A program made the position numbers and the translations under genes. DNA of 64,000 nucleotides from the NCBI RefSeq assembly GCF_009914755.1, contig NC_060927.1; one strand, written 5' to 3'. Positions 39,696 through 52,278 of this stretch are shown piece by piece; position 1 is the first letter of the stretch; each line of letters starts with the position of its first letter. The DNA comes from the human T2T-CHM13v2.0 reference genome, Homo sapiens. The notes under the pieces are model-generated. The model saw nothing but the letters and a program-made list of their open reading frames with translations. It did no database searches and had not been told where the DNA came from.

Positions 39696-39769
39696 TAGCA
39701 AGAACATGGGCTGAACTGAATTAAAGTGATTTAACTCTTAAGTGTAACTTTCTCTCTAAAATGCTTTGG

Positions 39770-40069
39770 GGCCAGGCACGGTGGCTCATGCCTGTAATCC
39801 CAGCACTTTAGGATGCCAAGGCAGGTAGATCACTGAAGGTCAGGGGTTTGAGACCAGCCTGGCCAACATGGTGAAACCCTGTCTCTATTAGAAATACAAA
39901 AGTTAGCTGGGCATGGTGATGCGTGCCTGTAATCCCAGCTACTCAGGAGGCTGAGGCAGGAGAATCGCTTGAACCCAGGAGGCAGAGGTTATAGTGAGCT
40001 GAGATCATGCCACTGCACTCCAGCCTGGTAAACAGAGCTACACTCCATCTCAAAAAAAAAAAAAAAAAA
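39770..40069 (+). mobile_element. AluS (Sx/Sz-like)
   Basis: Full dimer with an A18 tail. Confidence 0.95.
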
Positions 40070-40073
40070 TGCA

Positions 40074-40078
40074 GTGCA

Positions 40079-40112
<34 letters not shown>

Positions 40113-40123
40113 CATGTGCATGC
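40074..40123. repeat. (TG)n(CG)n alternating purine-pyrimidine microsatellite
   Basis: 50 nt of unbroken RY alternation. Confidence 0.95.
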
Positions 40124-41531
40124 TTTGGAAGGAATCATACAAGTATGTAGGTGTTAGTCTGCCTCTACCCTCAACCTTCATTAATCTTTGAGTCTCTTAC
40201 CATCATTTGCCATGCACTGGTTCATTTGAAATACAAAGCAAATGTAATTGGGATCTGGCTCAGAAGCATTTGTTTTTCGTAGGAAAGGTCTTATAAGTTA
40301 GGAATTGGGCATATTTGCATGCCAGAGAGGGACGATTTTTAAGTATTTTGAAAAGGAGTATTCAGGTGAAGCAATTATTTTCTTTTAAGGTTTAATTTCA
40401 ACTGTGATCATCTTTAGACTGGGATATCAGTTCTTATCCTGGTATCCATGATTAATAATTTTTTCCCATTGACTTTTCTTGTTATTTTGAAGTTTATTTG
40501 AAAAAAATTATTTTTTATGCCAAAGATGTTACTAAGGTATTTTGCTGCAGGCGAATATTGGGTAGGATGCATTGATACTATGCGTGGTCTGTAAGTTGCT
40601 ATGGGGGTGACTTTCATGTTATGGAACTGATTTAGTTCCTGTTCGACAGGCACTGAAACAGGCCTGTCCTGCCATGTGGTCACAGATATCTGTCTCTTAT
40701 ATTGGAAAAATACTAAGAAAGCAAAGTACACTGGAGCTCCTGCCCTTAAATTTTACTTTCATTGCTCAATATGATAAGGCACAAAAGCCCCTGTGCTGGT
40801 TTTACAGCAAGGTTCTTGCCAGTGAAAGTGTGGAATCGGTAGGAGTTCTGATGTGCCCAGCAGTGGGTGCTCAGATGTATGACAGGACAGAGCCCCAACG
40901 GTTCAGCAAAGTCATGTGTTATATGGTCAAGTGGGAGAAGTCACACCTAACTGGAGAAACCCTGTGAAGCTTTATTTTTGGGAAATGATCAGGTTGGTTT
41001 TGTGGCTGAGTGTAGAAGGAAAGGTTTGAAGCAGTTTCTGGAACATGGTATCATACACACTCAAGGTTGCTGACATTTCTTCTAATATTCTTAAGCAGGT
41101 TTTGGCAGACAGGTCCCTTCAGCCTGCACCTGGGTGAGCCCACTGGCATTCTTCATTACAATCACATGTTAGTTTTCGTTGATTATGTGCATGTGGAGAC
41201 TATCAAAAAAATTCAGCTTTTGTGATCTTTTTTCAGAAGTACAGTGGCAATGGATATCTTTGAACTCTAACATTGTGATGGTAAGAAAACTTTAGTCCTG
41301 TGAAGGAGGAGCACCTAGATGTTGGGTAGCTAATCTGGCTTTGCTGTTTTGGTGAAAAAAGTCCCATGTGTTGTGGGAACTTGGAGCTTTCTACATCCCT
41401 GCTTAGTTTTGTCAAGTCTGCTGGCCAGTAATCCTGAAAAACATTTGATGCGTTGACTGCCCGCACAGTTGTCAATTTGGCCAGAGTCAGAAACATGAAT
41501 TTCACTCCTTAACCTTTTCAAGAGATCTTGA

Positions 41532-41532
<1 letters not shown>

Positions 41533-41565
<33 letters not shown>
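41533..41565. repeat. Poly(A)33 tract
   Basis: Direct count. Confidence 0.95.
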
Positions 41566-41566
<1 letters not shown>

Positions 41567-41892
41567 CAAACTTTGGAGTTCATTTTGTTAACACTTACGT
41601 TTACTGGTTTTCTAGAGAACCGGTTTGGGGTATGTGTGTGTGGCGGGGGTGTGGAGAGAATGCTTGTGTTTTAAAAAAGGGAAAACTGTTTTCACAGGGA
41701 GGAGTTTACTGGTGGGTTGGCTTATTTGGTGGCTCTCAGCCCTTTGAATGAGGCCTGTCTTTCAATTCAAGGCTTTGCCATCAACATGATGTGTATGCTG
41801 CTGAAAAAGTAGGAATGCTTTTACCCAGCTGCCATCCTGGAAGCACAGCCTGGAAGCAGACAACCAAGTGCATCTGCTGGCCAGTCAGGAAT

Positions 41893-42267
41893 TGATATGG
41901 TTTGGCTGTGTCCCCACCCAAATTTCATCTTGAATTGTAGTTCCCGTAATCCCTACATGTCATGGGAGGGACCTGGTGGGAGGTAATTGAATCATGGGGG
42001 CGGTTACCTCCATGCTGTTCTCATGATAGGAGTGAGTTCTCATGAGATCTGATGGTTTTATAAGGGGCTTTCCCTCACCTTAGCTCTGTACTTCTCCTTG
42101 CTGCTGCCATGTAAAGAAGAATGTGTTTGCTTCCCCTTCTGCCATGATTGTAAGTTTCCTGAGGCCTTCCCAGCCCTGCAGAACTGTGAGTCAATTAAAC
42201 CTCTTTCTTTTATGAATTATCTAGTCTCAGGTATTTCTTCATAGCAGCGTGGGAAAAGACTAATACA
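41893..42267 (+). mobile_element. THE1 (THE1C-like, ERVL-MaLR) solo LTR
   Basis: TGatatggtttggctgtgtccccaccc...gactaataCA with 5-bp TSD GGAAT at 41888-41892 and 42268-42272. Confidence 0.95.
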
Positions 42268-43256
42268 GGAATGGTACAGCTCTGGCAGTCTTTTTGCAAG
42301 CAGAAGCCTGTATACTCCAGGAGAAACTAGAGAATGCTTTTGAGGATTATTTTTGTTGTGACAGTCCCATTAAAATGTGGACTGAATCCTCTCCTTCATG
42401 ACACAGACAGCATCAGTGGTGCTGTCCTTGCCACAGAAGGCCCCAGGGTGTGTGGGCACAGCGAGTGATGCAAGTGATGTAACCAGAAGAGGTTTTGGGG
42501 GATTTTCACACTTCTTTACACATGCTATCCTAGCCTGGCAGAGTGGTCTGTGATTCCCCACTCAGTACTACCTCTCTGTCTTTTATCATTAAAAGAAAAA
42601 CTGGAAGTCAAAGCTGATTGGCTGTCAAACACCAGGCTCCAGTTTCAACCTCTGTATCAAACCAAAATAGCAGCCTTCTAATGGAAATTTTCTTTTAGTA
42701 TAAAATGTACTTTCTTTTTTATCTGTGCAATTTACATTCATTTTAATTTTTTGGAAAGCAGCCAGTTGATTTTTGCATTTAAATGAGAGTGAGAAGTATA
42801 ATTATTTACACAAATTTAAAATTTTCTATGTAAAGGAAATAAATTTCCAATGATGAAATTGTATACCAAAAAATTAATTGCAAAATTTTGTAGGCATGTG
42901 CATATGTTTCTGAGAGGTTTTCATCAAATTTTCAAAGGGATCTGAAATTAAACAAACAGCCAAACAACTGATTCAGAGCAAGCTTCTGCTGTTGCAGCAG
43001 CTCTAGCTCACTGTTTAGACCTCCTCAGAATAGCGACAGCATACAGGGAGCCTATTAGTTGTGTACCCCAATCTTTGGTGAGCCTGGAGGGAGGTAATTG
43101 AGAGGGAGGCAGGGGCCCTGAAAATGGAGTAGGTGTTGATGAGTGCCCATAACTCTCCAGGCCCAGCCAGGGCACCATTAACCATCTTCTGCTTTGGCAA
43201 GAATAATCCAGATCCACCTGGAGAGGCTTTTGGGCTAGGGAGGACTTTATATGCAG

Positions 43257-43513
43257 CAGGACTGCATTAATGACTTTCAGGCCCTTTTCCTTTGTAGGCT
43301 CCTTCCTCCATAAAAAAAAAAAATTGAAAATTATATTTTATGACTGTGTTGGTCAGATCTGTTAATATTATATATTAAAACGTTTTATCTGAGCTAAAGG
43401 TCCTTTTTTCCCTTCTGATTTTAAAAGAAATTAAAACATTTGTGTGAGCCCCTAAAAATATTGTGGGGCTGTAAGCATTGTGCCTGTTGTACCCAGTGAA
43501 TAAGTTGGCCCTG
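43257..43513 (+). mobile_element. hAT-Tip100 MITE (ORSL-like)
   Basis: cagg...ccctg termini; ccttcctccataaaaaa...attatattttatgactg; ttctgattttaaaagaaattaaaa. Confidence 0.6.
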
Positions 43514-45344
43514 AGGTGTGCAGATCATCTCTTGATTTTTTTTCTAAAATGTATAAGGAAGATGTGGAATATACAAGCGAATATGTTCTTTTTACTCTCA
43601 ATCTATTATTTTTGAATAAAGTTGAGAGAAGGCATTAAGCATATTATTAATTTACATTTCAAAGAAACAATTTTGAATTCGTTAATGTGGAACTTATATT
43701 TTTGATATAGATTTCTTGTATTGTTAATTTTTGCAAAGATAATAATTTTCAAAATTTTAATCAAATTTCAGTTTTTAAAACTAAAATTTTACTGTATTAA
43801 TATCAGTAATGAATATTCTACAGAGTTTGAAAAGATTTACTCTTCTGAGTGTATTTGCAATGAAAAATATTTTAAGCATTCTTTCCAGTTTATTTTGTGA
43901 ATATATGTAATACTTTTTACATAATAAATTATTTTCTAAAATAAAGCTTCATAAATTAGTTTTATGTAATAACTTGTATGTCTTTTCCTGATTCTGAGAA
44001 GTTTTCTATGAATTCTTTGAGTAAAAATCTATTTTAAAAGATAACAGGCAATAATTTGTGACTAGGAAATTTCAGAGTGGCCAGGAAAAACATGCTAAAA
44101 ATAGAAACTGTTTGTTTACTCTGTGCTCCACCCAGTCTAAAACACAGCCATGTGGTTGCAGACTTGGGGAAGGCCCTGTGGTAACTTGGAAGGTGTTTTT
44201 TCCCCCCTGAGTTGCAGAGTTTAAGAGATCATTCTTATAACTTCTGAATCCTGTTTCCTTTCTTTAGCAACTCAGATAAATTATTTTTGCAAGCTGTTAT
44301 CTGAAAATGAGTTTGACCATGTTCGTTTAGTTTTTAGTGTCTTATCATCCTCCTTTCTACTTATATATTTAATTTAAGCCCTGTTTCATGAAAGGAAATT
44401 TTGAGATTGGAGGTTTTACTAATAACTTATACCTCAAAATTTGTCAGTTTATAGTTTAAACTTTCCGGTGTTTTTCATGATAGTCTAAAAAAATAGCCAC
44501 TTATTTGTTCATTTTGTTACAAAAGGGGCTAGATTATGAATTTAGTTCTTGGGTAGGCTTATCACCTAGGAACAACACAACTTTATAGGACTGAATGTTA
44601 ACCAGACAAGCCTGTGATTTGTGTGCACAGATAACAGAAACCATAACCACCAGAAAGGCAGCCCAGTGATACCAGTGTTGGGTCAGCCACACATTTTATT
44701 AGTCAGATGCTTGGAGCACCTACCACTATTCAGGACTCCTTGCCCAAATGCTGTTGCTTTGTTAACTCTGTGCTAAGGTGTTAGGGCATTATGATGCCCA
44801 GTTCCCCAGAGCACTCCATTAGGGGCTTAGGCTTTGGAGTAAGCTGGCTGGTGTGAGTCAGACTGGGGGGTCACCTATTGGCCTTAGTTTCCTTATCTCT
44901 AAAATGTATATAATGATGAGATTAGTTTCATTGGGTTTTTGAGAGAATTAATTGAAGTCATGCAAGTAAAGCACAGCTTTCAATAATTATTAGCAATTTT
45001 TTTTTTGGTATTAACGTACAGCATAACAAAAGTCTAGATTTACTTCAGGAGTTGTGCCCTTGAAGTAGAATTTGGTTGTTTGCTTTACCTGCCTTCATAA
45101 TGACTGCACGAAAGAAATAAATATCAATTCATTTCATTGTATTCAATTTGTTTTATTTCAAAACAAGTTAAATGAATCTTTAATTTTTTTTTATTCCAAT
45201 GATATGTATTCATGTCAATATTTTATTCCAGATGATGTTTAAGCAAATATAAGTGAAAATACTGTGTGGGCTGATTTGATACTGTTTGTCATTCCTATTG
45301 TATGTTTGACTCCCTACCTCCCTTTCGTGGGTTTTCTGTCTCTC

Positions 45345-45715
45345 TATTTAAACTTTTTATTATGGGAAATGGACACAAATAGAGAGAATAGTATGATAAA
45401 CTCTTATATACCCATCTCCCACCTTCAGCAGTTATCAGCTCATGGCTAATATTGTTTCCTCTGCATTCCTATCCACTTATCCCCATCCTGTGTTATTTTA
45501 AAGCAAATTCCAGACACCGTATTATCCATAAACATATTTTTACCATCCACAATATTATTATATCTGTAAAATAATAATAATTCCTCAATATCATCAACTA
45601 TCAACAGTGTTCCAATTATTTTTAAGAGGCATAGCTTTAAAAAAATTAGTTTGTTTAATTTAGGGTCCAGTTAAGATCCCATACGTTTCAATGGTTGACG
45701 TGTCTCTTTTTTCTT
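45345..45715 (-). mobile_element. Old L1 (L1MC/ME) 3' fragment
   Basis: tttttattatgggaaat...agagagaatagtatgataaac...ttttaaagcaaattccagaca. Confidence 0.65.
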
Positions 45716-46519
45716 TTAATGTACCCTAGTCAGTTCCTCATTGTCTGTGGGCAGGAGGATATAACATCCCTGGATTAGCTGAGAGCTATTAGTAGCTAAC
45801 ACTAAGGGCAGTTGCAGGGATTTGGACAGGGCACCCACCACATCCACTGCTTGGGGGAGGTGGTGGATAATCTTCAGGCACAGGGAACAGCATAAGCCGG
45901 GACCCGTGAATGCACAGCACAGCATGTTTGGTGGAGTGACAAAGGTTGGCAGTCTGGGAGGTGGGCAGCTCAGGTTGGGGTGTTGGGGATTGAGGCTGTG
46001 TTCCAGGTGGTTTATTATACATTTTTGGTGCTGGGCTTAAAAATAGCTTGTTTATTCAGATGAAGATGAAATTAATAAAAGTGTGATATGAGTAGAGACT
46101 ATTGGAAATATATAATGTATCAACATACATTTATTTTCTGAAGATGTGTAATTTGGAAAATTATGGTAGTATGTGAGAAGCATCGTGACATCTTAAGTTA
46201 ACTAGATATCTGGAACAAAGTATGCTTCAGCCTTCTTTCTATTTTTTCCCGTATTATAAAAGTAGTGTTAGTATATGATGACATCCCAGAGGGCAGACCA
46301 TGGTTATCAGTGTGTCTCAGGAGTAATATAGAAGAGCTTATGTTATCTGCCTGCTGCACATATGTAAAAGAAATATTTTGCTTATTCAAGAGAGCAGTGT
46401 TTTAATGTTTTTTCTAGTACATTTAAAATATTTGAAATTGTTATCCTTGTTTTGAGTTTCAGTTCTTGGTGTGGTAACTTAAAATGTACACTCTCAATAT
46501 ACAGGTTTTTGCTGTTACT

Positions 46520-46745
46520 TAATAGCAAGGACCTGTGTTCAAATTTTAGCTCTGCCACTTACTGTTTGTTGAGCAGATTGCATATCTTCTTGTAGCTTCC
46601 TCATCTAGGAAAAGGAAATAATAATAGTGTTCCTACAGAGGACTGCTGTGCTGATTAAATGAGAGTGAATCTATTACATTTAGCACAGGGTTTGGCACAC
46701 CAAAGCACCCAATGGTTTTAGATATCGCTATTTTTACTATTAGTG
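46520..46745 (+). mobile_element. MIR SINE
   Basis: gttcaaattttagctctgccacttact...ttcctcatct...gattaaatgag. Confidence 0.75.
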
Positions 46746-47199
46746 TTTTCTTATTAAATATATTTCAGGATCATTGATTTAAGGTACACTAAGCAGATAA
46801 TGACTAAGGTATCAAGAGGATTGGGAACAAGAATATTAACTTGTATGTGTCCTGGGATTGAAATTTGCACACTGCAACCCAGATATTCTTTTATTAATAT
46901 ATTCTGTAACTTCCTTTCTATTCTATAACTGATATAATATTTCTCTGGAGTCCTATTTCTGTTCAGCAAAAGCCAGAGAGATATCAAAAATAATTCTGTC
47001 TTTTTTGGTTTAAAACAACCTCCATTAGCTTAAACGCCATCTTTTTTGAATAATTCAGAAATTTAAAGATCGGGATGGTTTCTTCCTACGTTAAAGGCTC
47101 TTCCCTTCCCATTCCTAGGAAACAATATTGGTCTGACTGATTACCATTATTGTTATTTGGCTATGGCCCACTATGATCACATCACACACACAGATTCTG

Positions 47200-48170
47200 C
47201 CTTCTGTCACCTTACCAAGATGAACTCGCCTGGATCCTGCCCAAAGCTGATCTCTCCATCCACACAAAAGATCTCAATCCTTCTTCCCTCCTCAGCTAAT
47301 TCATAAGCAGCTCTCCCCACCTCTCCTGTAGCACCAGTTTTCACTCTCTACTGGATTATTCCCATCAGCATCAAACATTCTGAGATTTCTTTCATATTTT
47401 CTTGTTGCAACTTCTCCTGCTGGCTACTGCACAATTTCTTTGCCCCCTTTGCAGCAAAAACAATTTGAAGAGTTGTCAGTGCTCACTGTCTTCAATTCCT
47501 TGCTCCTGTTTTTTTTTAAAGCCGCTCCCTTCAGGTCCTCACTGTCACTTTTCTCCAAAGCCACTCTTGTCAAGGTCACCAATACCCTCCAAGTTCCTAA
47601 ATCCCTCAAGTCAGTTTGCAGTCCTCCCCTTACTTCACCCGTCAGTAGTGTTTGGCATGGCTGATCATTCCCCTTCTTGGCACACTTACTTCGCTTGGCT
47701 TCCAGGGCTCCCTACTCTCCCAGTTCTCCTCCTGTCTCACGCATCAGTCTTTTCAGTCCCCTTTTCTGTTTGCTTCTCTTCTGTTTGCTTGCAGCATTGG
47801 AGTGATCCCAGCCTTCTTTCTATCTGTTCACACTATCCTGATATTCTCATCCCGTCTTGTGGCTTTAAGTGTCATTTATATGCCAACCACTCCCAAATAT
47901 ACATCTCTACCCCGACTCTCTTCTATGATCCAAGCATATATGTCCTACTAGATTTTTCCACTATATCCTACTAGATCTTTCACTTTTCATATCTGAAACA
48001 CAACCCCCCCTTTTCCCCACCCAGCCTGCTCCATCTGTAGCCTTCTTTCTTAGTTTGATAATATCCTTTCAGTTGCTCAGGCCTTGGAGTCATCCTTGAC
48101 TCCTTTCTTATCTCATGTACTACATCAAGTCTATCAACAAACACTTTGGTTTTATCTTCGAGATATAACT
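47200..48170 (+). mobile_element. L2 LINE (about 1 kb)
   Basis: ctcttgtcaaggtcaccaat, ggctttaagtgtcatttatatgccaaccactcccaaat, ttggagtcatccttgactcct are L2 ORF2 3' phrases. Confidence 0.85.
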
Positions 48171-48218
48171 AGTGATAGTGTGCTGTAAGTATTATTCCCA
48201 ATGTAGAATTTGTAATGG

Positions 48219-48520
<302 letters not shown>

Positions 48521-49020
48521 GTAATGAGCACAGCTCTGATTTGAATACAGGTCTGTCAGGCTCCAAAGTTTTCTCCATAGTTTTGCATTAATATATTCTT
48601 AATTTTATATTTGCAAAGTTATTTTTATTTTAATATCATAGCTTAGTGGGAGAGTAGGGACACTATTTAAAACTAAGGAGCAGACAAAGAATACTCCAGA
48701 GTATCTTTAGAATTTACTTAGTTTGTCTCCCTAGTTCTAGGAAATCTGAATCTAACTCATATATTAGATTATATTTTCTTTGGAACAAACCCAGATCTTT
48801 AAGAAAGAGGAGTTCAGTGCCTCCTTTCCCAATTAGCTAATCATCTATAAGCTTCACTTTTGTCATACAAAGGTGCTGGACTCCCAGAGTTCATGCAGTC
48901 ACAACTCAAATGGTGAAGAGGAAACCTGAACTGTCTCTAGTTATTTTTAGGTGTTCCTGATAATCAATTTTCATGCAAAATACAAATGATCATTTATTTG
49001 TCCCTTTGTTTTCATGAATA

Positions 49021-49360
49021 CAGGCTGAGCATCTGTAATTCAAATATCCAAAATGTTCCAAAATCTGAAACTTTTTGGGTACCAACATGATGCCACAAGT
49101 GGAAAATTCCATACCCTAACAGCACCTTTGCTTTCAGTGTACATAAACTTTGTTTCGTACACAAAATTATTAACAATATTGTATAAAATTACCTTCAGGC
49201 TATATGTATAAGATGTATATGAAACATAAATGAATTTCTTGTATAGACTTGGATTCTATCCCTAAGATGTCTCATTAGGTATATGCAAATATTCCAAAAT
49301 CCCAAAAAAATCTGAAACGCTTCTGGTTCCAAGCATTCCAGAGAAGGGATACTTAATATG
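49021..49360 (+). mobile_element. Tigger4-like (Zombi/MER46) DNA transposon
   Basis: TA|caggctgagcatc...agggatacttaatatg|TA; ccaaaatctgaaactttttg. Confidence 0.8.
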
Positions 49361-51967
49361 TAGTAGTATATGGATGCCTTGCCTCATAGTCACCCTCCCC
49401 AGTGGTTTAATGCAACCATTAAATTATTTTTGTTTTAAAATATTTGATCTGGGTTTGAATTTATGGAAATACTTCACGTCAGTTTTTTTTTTTAAATAGC
49501 CAAATAGTGTTTCAAAATTTTATCAAGATTGTGATTGGTCTTTAACCTTAGAAGCAAAACTGACATGGAAGGATGAAACAAGTAGGTAGAATGGTGAATT
49601 TTGGTATTCATGTGTTTGGACATCTGTGTCCTTATCAAAAGAAAGAATGTATATAGTTGGACAAAATTGAAGGTCCATGTGGTATATTTAGAAAATATTA
49701 CTTGTTAGTGGTTTAACATGTGTATAGTGGTTTTACTTCAAGCACTTTCAAAGATTTGAGTTTGTTTCTGCCCTTGTAACACTTCAACAGTCATATTAGT
49801 TTGCTTTACCATTTTTCTTTGAAGGGAACTGAGACTGATTCAGTTGTGCAAGGTGATGAGCAACATTGCTCAAAAAGCCAGAAATAGATTTGTGGGCTTC
49901 TGACTGTGAGACCAGGTGCTCTCTCCACTGAATTATTCTGCTTTCTTTGACTGTTTTCTTTGCTTTAAAAAATATTAATGCACAATTCTGAATTGCTGTT
50001 GACTGTGAGATAAATTCATGTTAGATCTATAAATAATGCACTTTCCAACCAAACCAGCCAATGGAACAAAACGCTTTTTGAGACATTGGTGTTGGAAGAT
50101 GGCCTCCTCCCACCAGCTGACTGTATTCTCATCATCCCCCACATCTGTCCCATTGTTTCTGATGCTGGTACCAGGCTCCTGTCTCCAACACATGCTTAGA
50201 TAATTACAAGAATTAACCTCCCTTCCTTCTGTTCTTCTCCCTTTCCCCCAAATCCTTTTTCACAGTTTCCAGATTAGTTCTCCTACAGCACTACTTTGTG
50301 AAATTCTCTCAACATGTTCTATGATACCCTTTGCTCTGAGGCTGAAGCCCTAACCTTCCTCTTGGTTTCCAGGACCTCCCATGTATCATCAGTACTACTC
50401 TAGCATCTTCTTCTGCTTCTCACCAACCTCCGTCTTGGCCAGACTGGGCCTCGCAAACTGACATTACTTCACCTCTCTTGTAGTCTTGTAATCTGTACCC
50501 TATTCCAGAATTACTCTCCCTCTCCTTTTGGTTAGCAAGCCCAGCTTTCCTCTAGGGACTTTTCTTACCCATTCGCTGGAAATTTGGTTGTAGGTGTGCC
50601 CTGTATCTTTTATCTAGTAAGACTCTTCTGTGGGTTTACTAATTTTCATTTAGAAAGAGGATCACTACCTAATGATGTAAGGTGTGGTGTAAAATTTTTC
50701 TCAATTATATTTTCAGATTATTGCTGGGATTCTGTTATGATTAGTAAGCAAACGAATTAATATTTTAATGGTTGACTGCCTTCTGATATGTTTACCTCAA
50801 ATTATATCATTTTAAATTATAGATTTAAATTTTAAGAAAAACAAATATTTACATTTAGTCAAAGATTTTGTGAAATGACCTTGTTTTGAGAAAGAGAAAT
50901 GAAGTCCAATTACTGAATAGAATATGAATATATAAATATATTTATGTATGTGTATATATGTAAAAAATAGCTGTTATGTAGTCATTATTTTTGTGACAGT
51001 GTATTGCTAAAAAAATCTTCATAATAATTTTGAATAGAACACTGGGGGTGCTAGATTTAGAAATTAATGATTTTATGGAAGAAAGATCTGCCTGTAAATT
51101 TTGCTCCTATTATGAATAAAAGGGAGACCCTTATTTCAGATTATCGAAATACAGGGACTGTAGCATTAATGTAACACCCACTATAATGTGTTTCTTTTAA
51201 AAATGTTTTCTTCAACACCCTGTGATATATGACTTGCCAGATTCTCTGATCCTGGGGCCCTTTAGCAGCCATGCTATGTGTTGTCATAATGTTTTAAATT
51301 TGTGGCTCTAAAATGCAATTCAGTTGTGTTTAGCCAGTGTTGATCTTTTTCTTTCTTCTTAATTTGGGACTTTCAGTGTATGCCATTACTTATGAGAAGT
51401 GCTTTAGTTATGAGTTGTGGAGAGAGAAAGTAGTTGGAGAGAAAATTAAGGTAACTCTAACATAGATCTTAATATAGTCTATAAAGTTTTCATGAGGATA
51501 ATACAGTGAGTTTTATATGTGGAGAAATATATAGAACAGTGAGTGGAGGAATTAGGGAGCAACATATTCAATTTAATTGTCTTAAACACTAATATGATCT
51601 AAGAGAAAGATCATAAGAAAGTTGTCAAGTTTTCTAAAAGAAAGAAAGTTTTCAAAAGATGTATTTCTCAAATTCATCTGTCATTAAAATTAGTATGTTG
51701 AATTGGATTCTCAGCTTATAAATTAAAATATAAGTGTTCTTACATGATAAACTGAATTTAAATTTCCAGGTTTTTTTTTTTCTCTTGGTGGTCCAATTTC
51801 ATTGTATTAAAATATGTAGGTATCTATCTTTTTGCGTAGATTTGGTAAACTTTGGTTTTCATGAAGTTAAAATGAATGATTAAAAATTTGTATAGAATTT
51901 GTTAGCGTCTTCTTGTTACAGGATTTAGGGGGTATGTGTGATTTAAAGATTAATTCATAAAATATTT

Positions 51968-52278
51968 CTTTATTTATTTTATGTATTTTTTATTGTTTTT
52001 AGAGACAGGGTCTCACTCTGTCACCCAGGCTGGAGTGCAGTGGCATGAACATAGCAGCCTCAGCCTCCTAGACTCAAGTGACCCTCCCTCCTCAGCCTCC
52101 TGAGTTGCTGAGACATACAGTCAAATGCCACAATGTCCAGCTAATTTTTAAATTTTTCTGTAGACAAGAGATCTTGCAGTGTTGCCCAGGCTGGTCTTGA
52201 ACACCTATCCTCAAGTGATCCTTCCACCTCAGCTACCCAAAGTGCTGGGATTATAGGCATGAGCCACTGCCTCTGGCC
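51968..52278 (-). mobile_element. AluJ with TSD
   Basis: Antisense AluJ; TSD taaaatattt at 51958-51967 and 52279-52288. Confidence 0.92.

Noticed and set aside
47402-47974. 190-aa ORF
   Set aside because: Lies wholly in a pyrimidine-rich L2 remnant; TTG start.
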